DNA from: Candidatus Latescibacterota bacterium
GTDB taxonomy: Bacteria; Latescibacterota; UBA2968; GCA-2709665
Reading direction: 5' to 3'
Assembly: GCA_965219455.1 (NCBI GenBank)
Contig: OZ244744.1
Coordinates: 1,536,001 to 1,600,000 of the forward strand
Length of the DNA: 64,000 nucleotides
Both the position numbers and the translations under genes were made by a program. A model generated the notes under the pieces. That model saw only the letters and a program-made list of their open reading frames with translations, had not been told where the DNA came from and did no database searches. Positions 39,998-50,130 of the stretch are shown here, piece after piece (within the stretch, counting starts at the first letter, position 1; each line of letters begins with the position of its first letter).

Positions 39998-40079
39998 AGA
40001 ATATAAGCGAATGAACCCTTTTGTCAAACCGGTACCATTCGCCCTCAACCGCTTGACAAGCCATGGGAAATTCCATAAT
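39998..40079. promoter_or_regulatory. Back-to-back divergent sigma70 promoters (lnt-tatC / bioF)
   Basis: Minus-strand TTGACA (40022-27) with TATATT/TATTCT at 16/18 bp; plus-strand TTGACA (40053-58) with CATAAT at a short 15 bp. Confidence 0.5.
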
Positions 40080-40132
40080 TTCCGTTCACATTTCGCCGCC
40101 TCTCACCCGCATTTACTGACGGTATCCCTCCA

Positions 40133-41296
40133 GTGCTTCCCCATCTCGCCACGGAGCTGGACAATCTGAAAGCCCTCGGGCTGTACCGCAGCCTCCATCT
40201 GGTGGAAGGCGCGCAGGGCCCCAGAGTCCGCATCGACGGCAAAGAACGTCTCCTCTTCTGCTCCAACAACTACCTCGGGCTTGCAAACCACCCCATTCTG
40301 AAAGAAGAAGCGGACGCTGCGCTGCGTACGTACGGGCTCAGCGCGGCGGCCTCCCGGCTCATTTCCGGCAATATGGAACCGCATCGGACACTGGAACGCC
40401 GGCTGGCCCGTTTCCTGGGAACAGACTCGGCCCTCTGCTTTCCCACCGGCTACATGGCGAACCTGGGCGCGGTGAGCGCGCTCGTGGGGCCCCAGGACGC
40501 GATCTTCAGCGACCGCCTGAACCATCGCAGCATCATCGACGCCTGCCGGCTCTCCCGCGCGAAAACCCTTGTCTATCGCCACCGGGACGTCGACCATCTG
40601 GACAAGCTGCTCCGGACCCAACACCCATTCCGCCGGCGCCTGATCGTCACCGACGGGCTGTTCAGCATGGACGGCGACCTTGCCCCCCTGCCCGATCTTG
40701 TGGAGGCTGCGAACCGGCACAGTGCCATGCTTATGGTTGACGATGCCCATGGGACCGGGGTGCTTGGCGCTTCCGGCCGGGGGATCCACGAACACTTCGG
40801 CATTGCCCGGGGCATCGACATTCTGACGACCTCCGGCAGCAAGGCCCTGGGCGCGTACGGCGGATTCGTCGCCGGAGATACGGAACTCATCGACCTGCTG
40901 ATCAATCGTGCCCCGGCCTTCGTATACACTTCCGCCCTGCCACCCGACGCGTGCGCGGCCGCTACGGCCGCGTTGGGACTCATCGAAACCCGGTCGGACC
41001 TGCGAAAAAGCCTCCGGCGAAACGTCCACGCCGTCCGCAGCGCCCTGCACGACATCGGTTTCGATCTCATGGGCTCCCGATCACAGATTGTTCCGATCCT
41101 TATCGGCGACGCGGACCGCACCGTGGCGATTTCTGACCATCTCTTCCAGGAGGGGATCTTTCTGAGCGGCATCCGGCCGCCAACCGTACCCGAGGGCGAG
41201 AGCCGCCTTCGCCTCACGCTCATGGCCGACCACAGCGAGGAGGATATCAACCGTCTCATCCAGGCACTGGCAGATGTCCGCACGGCTTTCTTTTAG
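40133..41296 (+). CDS. bioF: 8-amino-7-oxononanoate synthase
   Basis: SNNYLGL, ASRLISG, GYMAN, NHRSIID, FSMDGD, DDAHG, SKALG, IRPPTVP. Confidence 0.92.
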   Translation: MLPHLATELDNLKALGLYRSLHLVEGAQGPRVRIDGKERLLFCSNNYLGLANHPILKEEADAALRTYGLSAAASRLISGNMEPHRTLERRLARFLGTDSALCFPTGYMANLGAVSALVGPQDAIFSDRLNHRSIIDACRLSRAKTLVYRHRDVDHLDKLLRTQHPFRRRLIVTDGLFSMDGDLAPLPDLVEAANRHSAMLMVDDAHGTGVLGASGRGIHEHFGIARGIDILTTSGSKALGAYGGFVAGDTELIDLLINRAPAFVYTSALPPDACAAATAALGLIETRSDLRKSLRRNVHAVRSALHDIGFDLMGSRSQIVPILIGDADRTVAISDHLFQEGIFLSGIRPPTVPEGESRLRLTLMADHSEEDINRLIQALADVRTAFF

Positions 41297-42488
41297 CATT
41301 CTTGCCGGCGTTTTCGCGCTGAACGTCTTTCAGGCGCCCATGCATTCGGCGACCCTGAACGGCACCGTAAGAGACGGCGCGACGCTGACGCCGTTGCCGT
41401 ACGCAACGGTTGTCCTGCCGGAACTCAAACGCGGGGACCATACGGACCTCTATGGCCGATTCACGGTGGCCGACCTGCCACGGGGTCCCATTCGCGTCCG
41501 GGTTTCATTTGTCGGCTATCGGACGGAACTGCGGGAGATTGTCGTACCCGACACTTCGGAAAGCCGACTGGATATCCTGCTATCCCCGTCTCCAATAACG
41601 CTCAAGGCCCACGTTGACCTGCCACGTCCCTCCCTCAAGGATCTCCTGAAAAACATCGGTCAAAAACCCCGCGAAAACGTCTTTCACACGCGCTACGCGC
41701 ACCTCCGGACCCATCGTTTTGAGTTACGCGGCGTTCAGACCCTCTACGCCGGCAGCGATACCCGTTCGCGCGTCCTTGCCCGAATCGATTACGACGGCCG
41801 GGGGTATTATCGAAATCCCGGGGGGATCGCCCAGGTCGTCACGGCGTACCGGTCTCGCAGCGCGCCGGCCCAGCAATTCGGCATGCATCCCGGCGTCATC
41901 GTAGATATCCGCAGCGGCCGCCTCAACGGCCGCGATTTTGACGTGGGACCTCTACCGTTGGAATCCGACGCCAGAAGAGATTACCGGTATCGTCTGATAG
42001 GTACCGTACAGATGGGCGACGTAGCCGTGCACAAAATTCAAGTCGAGCCCAAAAAAAAAAGAAGCCCCGCACTCGAAGGGGCCATCTGGATTTCCGCAAC
42101 CGACTTCTCGCTGGTGGGCTACGACCTGCGCTTGAACAGGAAAGGCCGAAAATCACTCGGCATCAAGGAACTGCGCACCTACCAGGAAAACGCGCTCTAT
42201 TACGACCGCTATTGGCTGCCCGTACTACAAACCGTACGCGTTACCACCGAGACGGGCGCATTGGCTGAACAGACCACGCGCATTAGCGGCTATACCCTTA
42301 ACCCCGCCCTTCACGACTCCCTTTTCAGCCGGGCCTCGTTTTCAATGCACCCGGACGCAACCCGACTCGGCGCCGCCTATTGGAAAGCCCGCGAGGACAG
42401 CCTGCAGACCGCACAGCGCCAGGCGATGCTGATGCTGCTCGAGACAAATGCCGTGCCTGGAGGGTGGAAACGCTTTTTGAGTCAATAG
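41274..42488 (+). CDS. Secreted protein with N-terminal carboxypeptidase-regulatory-like domain
   Basis: Signal peptide, G.V.D..T..PLPYATV...G.F...SFVGY; beta-rich C-terminus (EGAIWI, YWLP). Confidence 0.7.
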   Translation: MSARLSFSILAGVFALNVFQAPMHSATLNGTVRDGATLTPLPYATVVLPELKRGDHTDLYGRFTVADLPRGPIRVRVSFVGYRTELREIVVPDTSESRLDILLSPSPITLKAHVDLPRPSLKDLLKNIGQKPRENVFHTRYAHLRTHRFELRGVQTLYAGSDTRSRVLARIDYDGRGYYRNPGGIAQVVTAYRSRSAPAQQFGMHPGVIVDIRSGRLNGRDFDVGPLPLESDARRDYRYRLIGTVQMGDVAVHKIQVEPKKKRSPALEGAIWISATDFSLVGYDLRLNRKGRKSLGIKELRTYQENALYYDRYWLPVLQTVRVTTETGALAEQTTRISGYTLNPALHDSLFSRASFSMHPDATRLGAAYWKAREDSLQTAQRQAMLMLLETNAVPGGWKRFLSQ

Positions 42489-42590
42489 CGGATAGGTCGG
42501 TTTGGACGGCGCGCCCGCATGACTCGCAATGCCCCGCATCCCGGGACACTAACGTCAGCATTGCACAAAGGGGAAGGCAAGGAGATACAG

Positions 42591-43352
42591 ATGCGTCAAC
42601 AGACGGCTGCACCGAAAGCGCTCAACCGCATTCGTGTTGTCCTTACGGGCACCAAGGAGCCCGGCAACATCGGTGCGGTGGCGCGGGCGATGAAAAACAT
42701 GGGCCTCTCACGGCTCTATCTTGTGGACCCGCCGGACCATACCTGCGGCGACGCGCGAAAAATGGCCCACGGTTCCGGAGACGTGCTCTACGGCGCGACG
42801 GTATGCGAATCGCTTGAAGAGGCCCTGGCCGGCACGGTACTCTCCGTGGGAACGACCCACCGGAAACGCGAGCACCTCGACATCATGTACGGGCCGCGGC
42901 ATGTGGCGGAGAAGCTGGTCTCCCTGCCGCAGGATAACGAAGCCGCCCTCGTATTCGGCCGAGAAGAAAACGGCCTGACCAACGATGAAATGCGGCTCTG
43001 CAGCATGATCGCCAATATCCCGACCGCCCACCGGTATCCCTCCCTGAACCTTTCCCAGGCCGTTCTCATCTTCGGCTTTGAATGCTTCCGCGCGGCATCC
43101 AGGCCCCGCGAATTGCCGGAGCTTGACCTCGCGTCCTTTGAAGAGATGGAATCCCTCTACGCCCACATCGCGTCCGCGATGGACAAGCTGGGCTTCCCCG
43201 CCGACTACATGCCGAAGGCCTTCCCGCGGTCCATCCGCCGCCTCTTCGGGCGCCTCTCCATGGATCGCCGAGACGTTGCCACCATGCACCGGATCTTCCG
43301 CCAGATCGACAAATTCGTCGCCGTACACAAATCGGATGCCGAGTCAGGATGA
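42591..43352 (+). CDS. trmJ: SPOUT RNA methyltransferase, TrmJ/LasT family
   Basis: PGNIGAVARAMKNMG, VFGRE.NGLTN, SLNLSQAV; AAGGAG RBS. Confidence 0.85.
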   Translation: MRQQTAAPKALNRIRVVLTGTKEPGNIGAVARAMKNMGLSRLYLVDPPDHTCGDARKMAHGSGDVLYGATVCESLEEALAGTVLSVGTTHRKREHLDIMYGPRHVAEKLVSLPQDNEAALVFGREENGLTNDEMRLCSMIANIPTAHRYPSLNLSQAVLIFGFECFRAASRPRELPELDLASFEEMESLYAHIASAMDKLGFPADYMPKAFPRSIRRLFGRLSMDRRDVATMHRIFRQIDKFVAVHKSDAESG

Positions 43353-43432
43353 CCAGTGGGCGAAGGATTTCGAAGAAAGGGCGGACTTCACGATAGGCGG
43401 CCCCAGCCGCCTTCACCGAAAGAGCATCCCGG

Positions 43433-44611
43433 ATGAGAATGCGCCATTCATTCAGCATTGCCCTGTTGTTGGTTGGCGTCCTGTTCGCGCGGGCCAGCCT
43501 CGCCGGGAAGGAAAACCCCTTCAGCCTTCCGGAAGGCGCTCTCGCCCGCCTGGGCAAAGGTGATATCAGTTTTAATGACAGAGCGGTAGCCTATTCACCG
43601 GACGGCGCGCGCCTGGCGGTGGCAAGCAGCATCGGTATCTGGCTGTACAATGCCCACACCGGCGCCGAAGTGGCCTTGTTCGCGGGGCACACGCGGTATG
43701 TCCTTGCGGTATCGTTCTCCCCGGATGGCGCCACCCTGGCCAGCGGGAGCAATGACAATACGATTCGGTTATGGGATGTTGCCAGCGGTCAGGAGAAAGC
43801 TACCCTGACTGGGCATACGCGCAGGGTCCATTCGGTATCGTTTTCGCCTGACGGATCTGCCTTGGCCAGTGGAAGCAGGGACGGTACGATTCGGCTGTGG
43901 GACGTGGTCAGCCGTCAGGAGAAGACCACGCTGACCGGGCATAAAGGGTCTGTAGCGTCCGTGTCGTTTTCGCCGGACGGGTCCACCATAGCCAGTGGGA
44001 GCTCCGACAAGACGGTACGTTTGTGGGACGTGGTCAGCGGTCAGGAGAAAGCCGCCCTGACAGGGCATGCGAGTAGGGTCCTATCGGTGTCGTTCTCGCC
44101 GGATGGGTCCACACTGGCCAGTGGAAGTGGGGACGAGACGGTACGGTTGTGGGACGTGATCAGCCGTCAGACAAAAGCCACCCTGACAGGGCATGCGAGT
44201 AGGGTCCTATCGGTGTCGTTCTCGCCGGATGGGTCCACACTGGCCAGTACGAGCGAGGACGGGATCGTACGTTTGTGGGATGTGGTCAGCCATAGGGAGA
44301 AAGGCGTCCTGAGGGGGCATATCGAGGTTGCCACGGCCGTGTCGTTCTCCCCGGATGGACTCACCCTGGCCAGTGGGAGCGGAGACGGTACGATTCTGCT
44401 TTGGGACATGTCCCCATACGTCACTCCTTGGATCCCCGATTCCGACTTCGATGGCGACGGTACCGTTAGCTTCACGGACTTTCTACAGTTTGCAGCACAG
44501 TTCGGATTGAGTCAATCCGATGAAGACTACGACGCACGATATGATCTGGACGGCGACGGCACGATCGGGTTTGGCGATTTTCTAATCTTCGCCAACGCAT
44601 TCGGTAGATAA
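43433..44611 (+). CDS. Secreted WD40-repeat protein with C-terminal dockerin/EF-hand-like domain
   Basis: Six 42-aa GH..V.SVSFSPDG..LASGS.D.T.RLWD repeats; DFDGDGTVSFTDF and DLDGDGTIGFGDF. Confidence 0.92.
   Translation: MRMRHSFSIALLLVGVLFARASLAGKENPFSLPEGALARLGKGDISFNDRAVAYSPDGARLAVASSIGIWLYNAHTGAEVALFAGHTRYVLAVSFSPDGATLASGSNDNTIRLWDVASGQEKATLTGHTRRVHSVSFSPDGSALASGSRDGTIRLWDVVSRQEKTTLTGHKGSVASVSFSPDGSTIASGSSDKTVRLWDVVSGQEKAALTGHASRVLSVSFSPDGSTLASGSGDETVRLWDVISRQTKATLTGHASRVLSVSFSPDGSTLASTSEDGIVRLWDVVSHREKGVLRGHIEVATAVSFSPDGLTLASGSGDGTILLWDMSPYVTPWIPDSDFDGDGTVSFTDFLQFAAQFGLSQSDEDYDARYDLDGDGTIGFGDFLIFANAFGR
43685..44410 (+). repeat. 126-bp coding tandem repeats (WD40 units)
   Basis: 68 bp identical at 44055 and 44181 (period 126). 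Confidence 0.85.
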
Positions 44612-44698
44612 GCGTCGTCCGGTTAACGTCGCGCCTTAAGGTCAAATTGCGCAGTGTCCGCGGCGCACGCACGAATTGCCCGTGTGCATCAATACAAA

Positions 44699-44724
44699 GG
44701 GCAGACAGGAATGTCTGCCCCACC
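44699..44724. repeat. REP-like palindrome
   Basis: GGGCAGACA-GGAA-TGTCTGCCC-CACC hairpin. Confidence 0.6.
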
Positions 44725-44812
44725 TTCAAACCCGCTTCTTCAACGTCGCGACAAGCCATTGTGGGGGGTGGAGATGATTGATTCGCGAATAATGCAGCCT
44801 GAATGTTGCTCA

Positions 44813-44890
44813 TTATTTCCCCACAACTCTGCTGCGCCGTTCCATCAGAACAACGTCCCGCCAGACCCCGTTCAGCCGGCCTAAGCGTTC
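44813..44890 (-). pseudogene. C-terminal relic of a phosphinothricin-acetyltransferase-like GNAT
   Basis: Translates ERLGRLNGVWRDVVLMERRSRVVGK*; N-terminal part not found. Confidence 0.6.
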
Positions 44891-44953
44891 CTTCGGCTGT
44901 GTTCTCTCCGACTCGCGGTTCCGCCGTCGTGGGGGCCATTGCCTCGCGATTCT

Positions 44954-45526
44954 TCAAAATCCGATCGTTTTCTCCATAACGATGACATCCCGCACCAGAC
45001 CGCATGGGAGTCTGTCGGAAGATCGGCTTACCTCAGTGTATCCGTGAGCGTGGTAGAAGAGAGGAGCCGCGACGTTGTACTCCGTATAGCGCAATCTGGC
45101 GCAGGCATGATCCGCTCTGTGTATCTCCTCCTCGGCCACCTGCAATAGTATGCTACCGATTCCACTTCTCTGGAAGGAGGGATGGACCCACAGATCGGCG
45201 ACTTCGTGACCGTCGGTGCTTGTTAGTCCAAGGATTAGTGACCGGATTGTTGCCACCGTGACCATCGGCCAGATTTCCGGGAATCGTTTGCTCTCGGAAT
45301 CCGCTTCCATCCAATCCCGTACAGCCTGAATCGGGGCGAGTTCGCAGTTTCCGGAGAGCCAGGACCGTTGCGCCAGGTCAACAAGCGCCGGGACGTCTGC
45401 CTCAACCGCACGCCGGGTTGTGATTGCAGGTCTAATCGCGTTTTTGCCAGAGGGATGGAGAATGGGAAACTTCCACGACGATGTTATTCGTAACGGGTCA
45501 GAGGTTGTATTCGCTCCCTTGCGCAA
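44954..45526 (-). CDS. GNAT acetyltransferase (true start probably downstream of 45526)
   Basis: LWVHPSFQRSGIGS.LL acetyl-CoA motif, N..A..FY..HGY. Confidence 0.85.
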   Translation of the reverse strand: MRKGANTTSDPLRITSSWKFPILHPSGKNAIRPAITTRRAVEADVPALVDLAQRSWLSGNCELAPIQAVRDWMEADSESKRFPEIWPMVTVATIRSLILGLTSTDGHEVADLWVHPSFQRSGIGSILLQVAEEEIHRADHACARLRYTEYNVAAPLFYHAHGYTEVSRSSDRLPCGLVRDVIVMEKTIGF

Positions 45527-45600
45527 TAGCAGACATCACTGCGGTCTTGTCTAAGTCCCGGGGAACATTGATTGAATTAGGCGTCGCGGGAAGCGGCTGG

Positions 45601-45921
45601 TTATGGCCCAACTTGCACGAAAGAGCGTGGTTTCAGCGAAGCAAGGGCTTCTTCAAGCTTGGGCAGGAGCGGCATCAGCGCGTGTAATTCGTTCGAGTGC
45701 GCACGCAGGATCACGACCGCAATGGGGAGGACAAAGAGGTTCTGTTGGTACCGAAGATTCTTGTCAACGGTGATAAACGCATCAAATTCCGACGCCGCAA
45801 GGCTGAGCACATCACCGTTCCTGATACCACCCCATCCCATAGCAACCACTGTCCGCACGGTATGGCCAGGCAGGTATTGCCGCACGCGACGGGGAACGGA
45901 CTCGTCAAGAAGTAGACGCAT
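45601..45921 (-). CDS. DUF5615 PIN-like toxin
   Basis: MRLLLDESVP, GW.G..NG, FITVDKNL.YQQN; overlaps the upstream antitoxin. Confidence 0.88.
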   Translation of the reverse strand: MRLLLDESVPRRVRQYLPGHTVRTVVAMGWGGIRNGDVLSLAASEFDAFITVDKNLRYQQNLFVLPIAVVILRAHSNELHALMPLLPKLEEALASLKPRSFVQVGP

Positions 45922-46123
45922 CGGCGAAAAGGCGTGCTTTCGCGGCTTCGAGCACAGCTACTGCTGCCTTGCGGGAAACAGAGGGAAAGTCCTCCAGGAA
46001 CTCCTCAAGCGATGACGTTCCTTCCAGGTAGTCGAACAGGTTCTGTACTGGCACCCGGGTCCCCTTGAAACAGAGTGCCCCACTCATGATCTCCGGGTCG
46101 CGACTGATGTAAGTTGCTTCCAT
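45905..46123 (-). CDS. DUF433 antitoxin
   Basis: DPEIMSG...F.GTRVPV..L.DYL....SLEEFL.DFPSV; GGAGGT RBS. Confidence 0.9.
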   Translation of the reverse strand: MEATYISRDPEIMSGALCFKGTRVPVQNLFDYLEGTSSLEEFLEDFPSVSRKAAVAVLEAAKARLFADASTS

Positions 46124-46395
46124 CGATACCTCCGAACTCGAAAACCCTTCAGATTGGCCGAAACCAGGAACACAATTGCCAAAATGATAAGAGCTGCAAA
46201 TCACGATCAAATGCCGCAAGGTGGTTCAGCCTGTCATGACTGGAATTATGGCAATTAACGTCGCAACTTACTCATTAGCAGTGCTTTACCTTAGATTTCG
46301 GCTCGTCCTCTTCGAATGCAATGCGGTTCCGCAAATTCCCCGTATTGAGTTAAAGATAACTCGGTACCGTAATCGCAGCCAAACCAATTCTCTCA

Positions 46396-46414
46396 GAAGC
46401 TGTTTTTAAATTCC
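46396..46414 (+). mobile_element. Solo terminal repeat of MITE family B
   Basis: TCA|GAAGCTGTTTTTAAATTCC matches the 22565 end at 18/19 and has the same TCA flank. Confidence 0.65.
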
Positions 46415-46422
46415 AAACCGCG

Positions 46423-46798
46423 CTAACGTGAGGAGGGTCTGAGCGGCTTCATCGTAACGGTCCAAAGACCCGACATGCCGAAAAGTTCAGCGTCCTCGGG
46501 ATAAACTTTCATCGGCCGTAACTCAAGAATCTCGAAGTAGTGTTTTAGTATGCCTCGCAATCGATCTTCCGAGTAGCCGATACCCGGCGGCATCTTTCCC
46601 GTTTCGTATATCTGCCGGTCCTGATGCGCCCCAGTTCAAAGTATCTGACCAGATTCTCGTCCGGGACATTCCTCAGAAAAGGTGGGGTCCGCTTGCCCTT
46701 CGTATAAAAGGACTCCCAATCTACCCTTCAGCCAGGGAATGATCAAGACGCTCTGCGTCTTTGACGGTATGGATGTGACTTCGCGAGATATCTTCCAT
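46423..46798 (-). pseudogene. Class I SAM methyltransferase pseudogene (frameshifts, internal deletion)
   Basis: N-part DWESFY...PPFLRNVPDENLVRYF joined out of frame to C-part IYETGKMPPGIGYSEDRLR...FGMSGLW; no SAM-binding GxG motif. Confidence 0.6.
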
Positions 46799-46844
46799 TC
46801 GAAGCACCACATTTGGGGGTGGCGTCGGGCTTTTCAAACCGTCC

Positions 46845-47567
46845 TCAAAAATGAGAATCTCCAAGATGACCCTTCAACTCGAGGTGTAGCGCGTCGGCGA
46901 TTCGTCTTGCGAAGGCGTTTACACCCGGTAGCTCCGAATAGTTGTGCGAATACACCAGCACGTTGACGTTTTTATATTTGGCGTACTCCAGCAGATAGAG
47001 ATTCGTCTCCCCTGTGACGTACAGGTCGATCCCGAAATGCAACGCATCTCGCAGAAAGGTGGTATAGATTCCCGCGCCCGTTACCGTGGCTACCCTTCGC
47101 ACGGTCCGGTTCGCGTCATGTACCCTGCAGGGCTCCTCGCACAGCAGAGACGTGAGGTTTGCGCGCACCGTGGCCAGGCTGGCGGGTTCGGACAGTTTGC
47201 CCACCCTTCCCGCGTTTTCGGCCAGCGTGGCCACAGGCGTACAACCGATTTCCGATAGCAGCATTGCCGAGGTTCCGAAATCCGCCAGGTCGAGCGGGAG
47301 GTGCGCCCAGATGTGCGTGAGTCCGTGCTTCCGTAAGAGAGACCGGACCTCTTCCCTTTGTTCGAACATGAACTCCCAGGCATCGTGATGTGTGACAATG
47401 ACATCCACGTTCCGTTCGACTGCCGCCCGTATCGTCTCCGGCGTAATCGTGGTCGCAAAGCCCACCGAAACGGGATGATGGTCGCAATATCCGGCAATAC
47501 CCCATTCATCCGGGTGAGCATCCAGCAGTTCCCTGGTGAACAGAATGTCCATCATTTCGCGAATCAT
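46845..47567 (-). CDS. Nif3-like dinuclear metal-centre protein
   Basis: IVTHH, HLPLD, TGAG, YVTGE, HNYSE. Confidence 0.88.
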   Translation of the reverse strand: MIREMMDILFTRELLDAHPDEWGIAGYCDHHPVSVGFATTITPETIRAAVERNVDVIVTHHDAWEFMFEQREEVRSLLRKHGLTHIWAHLPLDLADFGTSAMLLSEIGCTPVATLAENAGRVGKLSEPASLATVRANLTSLLCEEPCRVHDANRTVRRVATVTGAGIYTTFLRDALHFGIDLYVTGETNLYLLEYAKYKNVNVLVYSHNYSELPGVNAFARRIADALHLELKGHLGDSHF

Positions 47568-47682
47568 AAACCCACCTCGCGCCTTCTCGGTTTATCTCCG
47601 CCGATCTGCCGTCAGCGCCAACGGGGCCCGGACGGCGCCGCATACACACACAAGTGTGTATAGGCTCGAGAGGGCCCTTGCG

Positions 47683-48570
47683 TCAAAGGACCATCCACAC
47701 GCCAGTCACACAGAACACCACGCCCGTCACCAGCCGCAGGGTCAGCTTCTCCTTCAGAAAGATGACCGCCATCACCAGCCCCAGAACGGGGGAGACAGAC
47801 GCCAGGGTGGCCATCTTCGCGGGTCCGATCCGGCTGATCGCCATCAAGTACAGCATGGATCCGGCGCCCACGCCGACGATCCCGCTGGCGGCCACAATCG
47901 ACAGCGCCCGCCGTTCGATATCCCGGATGCGCATCACCGGGCCGGTCCATGCCCGGGCCAGGAAGAGCAACGCGGCCGTGATCGGCACGCGGACACTGTT
48001 GGCCTGAACGGCCGTCAAGTGCGTGATCGCCGGTTTGAGCATCACCGTGCTCAGGCCCCATAGCAGGCAGGCGAACAGCGCCAGGGATGTGCCCAGCGCG
48101 AGCCGAACGGGCCGCTCAGCGGAGGGCTGTCGGGACCGGCTTGAAAGAAAAATCACCCCAACGGCCACGAGACAGATCCCAAGGAAGAATCTTTGGCTGA
48201 ACGGATTCTGCAGCAGGGCCCACTCGAAGAAAAACGTGGCGAGCGGGAAGGTTCCGGACAGCGCCATCGCACGCGACACGCCGATCTCCTTGATTGCCGC
48301 CAGGTACATCGTCTCGCCGATGGCCATCCCGATCACCAACCCGCCCACCAGCAGCGCCCACTCCGTTCCGGTGACGTGGGCGTAGCTGGAAAGCGGCGGC
48401 CCGAACGGGAGCAGCGCCCAGAAAATAACCGTGGCCACGGCGCACCGGATGCCGTTCATCATCGCCGGAGGGATCACCTGTGACTGCGTGCGGACCATCA
48501 GGCTGTTCAACGCCCAGACGAGCGAGCACAGCAGTCCGAAGACCTCACCGGGAGAGATCGAAAACCCCAA
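47683..48570 (-). CDS. DMT/EamA family transporter
   Basis: About 10 TM helices in two repeats; IG..RA and FLKEKL motifs; TTG start. Confidence 0.88.
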   Translation of the reverse strand: MGFSISPGEVFGLLCSLVWALNSLMVRTQSQVIPPAMMNGIRCAVATVIFWALLPFGPPLSSYAHVTGTEWALLVGGLVIGMAIGETMYLAAIKEIGVSRAMALSGTFPLATFFFEWALLQNPFSQRFFLGICLVAVGVIFLSSRSRQPSAERPVRLALGTSLALFACLLWGLSTVMLKPAITHLTAVQANSVRVPITAALLFLARAWTGPVMRIRDIERRALSIVAASGIVGVGAGSMLYLMAISRIGPAKMATLASVSPVLGLVMAVIFLKEKLTLRLVTGVVFCVTGVWMVL

Positions 48571-48748
48571 TTTGGCTCCCCGAGCGGATTCCAGGAATCA
48601 AGATCTGACGAGAGCGGGAGAGACGATTCCGCGATTCTGGTGCGGGCGCTAACCGTCCCGTTCAGGCGGCGCATACGCGGAACGCGGGGGAAGGGGGCGT
48701 TCGCGTCGAAAAACGACAGCGGGCTGATCGAGCATTGTACCGGGTCGA

Positions 48749-49156
48749 TCAGACCTGGTATTTCTGGCCCGAATCGGGCTCGCCATGCTCGTTGGCGATA
48801 ACGTAGAAGACCAGATCCTCGGATTGGCTGGCATTTCGGATCCGGTGCCGGATGCCCGCCGGTTGCATGAAGCAGTCTCCGGCGACGGCTTCGGTGGAAT
48901 CACCTTCACGATCGACCACGGCGCGGCCGGAGACGACAATGAAGAATTCCCACGTGCGGGCATGCGAATGCACCGGGCATGGGCGTGCGCCCGGGGGCAG
49001 ACGCGTCATTTCAACGTCGAACGGATGGGGCGTTTCCGGGGTGTTTCCCAGGGCGACCGATACATTGCGGCGATAGCGTTCGTAGCTTCCGGTCTTCCAG
49101 GTCCACTTCTGATGAACTTCAGGTACGTCGTCCAGATTGATCTTCCAGGGGTTCAT
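48749..49156 (-). CDS. Cupin-domain protein
   Basis: LPPG...PVHSH..WEFF.V.SG, GD...PAG..H.IRN; GGAGGT RBS. Confidence 0.88.
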   Translation of the reverse strand: MNPWKINLDDVPEVHQKWTWKTGSYERYRRNVSVALGNTPETPHPFDVEMTRLPPGARPCPVHSHARTWEFFIVVSGRAVVDREGDSTEAVAGDCFMQPAGIRHRIRNASQSEDLVFYVIANEHGEPDSGQKYQV

Positions 49157-49438
49157 GATTTGCTGACCTCCGGGATTGGTTTGGGGGTTTGAGTTCCACC
49201 CTGGCTTGAAAGTCCCGGGGGATTTGCCGGGTGGGATGTGGATATAAATCGCGGGGACGGATCTCCCCGTAAACGACATGGAGATTTACAGGCCGGACGT
49301 CGAGCGTATTATTGCGGTTGGAGATGCGGGTTGTTGACGTTGTTGCGTGCGGAGGGTGGGCCGGGAGGTCGTATTTCTGGGAAGTGTCAGCCCATGGTGG
49401 CGAGGTGGTGGCATAGCCGAAAATATCGAGCCTACGGT

Positions 49439-49615
49439 CTACTTTGGCTGACCCGCGTTTTCGGCTCGTTTAGGCGCGAAGCCAATGAAATTCCTCCCGC
49501 TGGTTTTTTCTCGCTCCTTAATGTCTCTATATATGGCATGCAGATCATAGTTGAACTTCCTGGCATGCGCTTCGCGTATCTTCCTTACTTCCTCCACAAC
49601 CGAATCTCGCCTCAT
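49439..49615 (-). CDS. Small antitoxin-like hypothetical protein
   Basis: D.VVEEVRKIREAHARKFNYDL.AI pattern, recalled from partners of PIN toxins; GGAGG RBS. Confidence 0.65.
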   Translation of the reverse strand: MRRDSVVEEVRKIREAHARKFNYDLHAIYRDIKEREKTSGRNFIGFAPKRAENAGQPK

Positions 49616-49662
49616 CACGTCATTCCTCCAGTGGTGCCTGGCCACGGATCTCTGCTTCCCTG

Positions 49663-49899
49663 TCAGCCGCTGATGTGTGAATTCAGGATGGACTCCAAAA
49701 TCTCTGGTGTCATTCCTCGTTCTCGTGCCTTGCGGCTGATCTCGCTCATAATCACTTCAAGAGGCTTTTTCGCCCGTCCCACCTCGCTAAGCTTGAGACT
49801 GAGCAGGGCATTCAACTTGCACTGATCCGATTTGTTGGCTTTCTCATAGGCCTGAGCCGCCTCAGTGCTGACACGAATTCGAATAACTCTTGTTTCCAT
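49663..49899 (-). CDS. Small antitoxin-like hypothetical protein
   Basis: IRVSTEAAQAY...IMSEISRKARERGMTPEILESIL pattern, recalled from genes upstream of PIN toxins. Confidence 0.65.
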   Translation of the reverse strand: METRVIRIRVSTEAAQAYEKANKSDQCKLNALLSLKLSEVGRAKKPLEVIMSEISRKARERGMTPEILESILNSHISG

Positions 49900-50130
49900 A
49901 TCGTTCTCCATTTCAATTTTCAACTAGTCGAATCTCAAAAACACAGTTTGAATTTACCGTTAGCCACCCCGATCAACAAGGCAAATTCCAAGCCAACGGA
50001 TTTTTCCGGTCCATCCAGCACCGACTGCCAGAGTCCGGGCAAAGGGCGCTTTTGCACAGACTCACTCAACGTTTTGCGAAATTCGTATTCGAGAAAACAA
50101 GGTGACGTGCCGCAACCAGGTACGTAGGTG

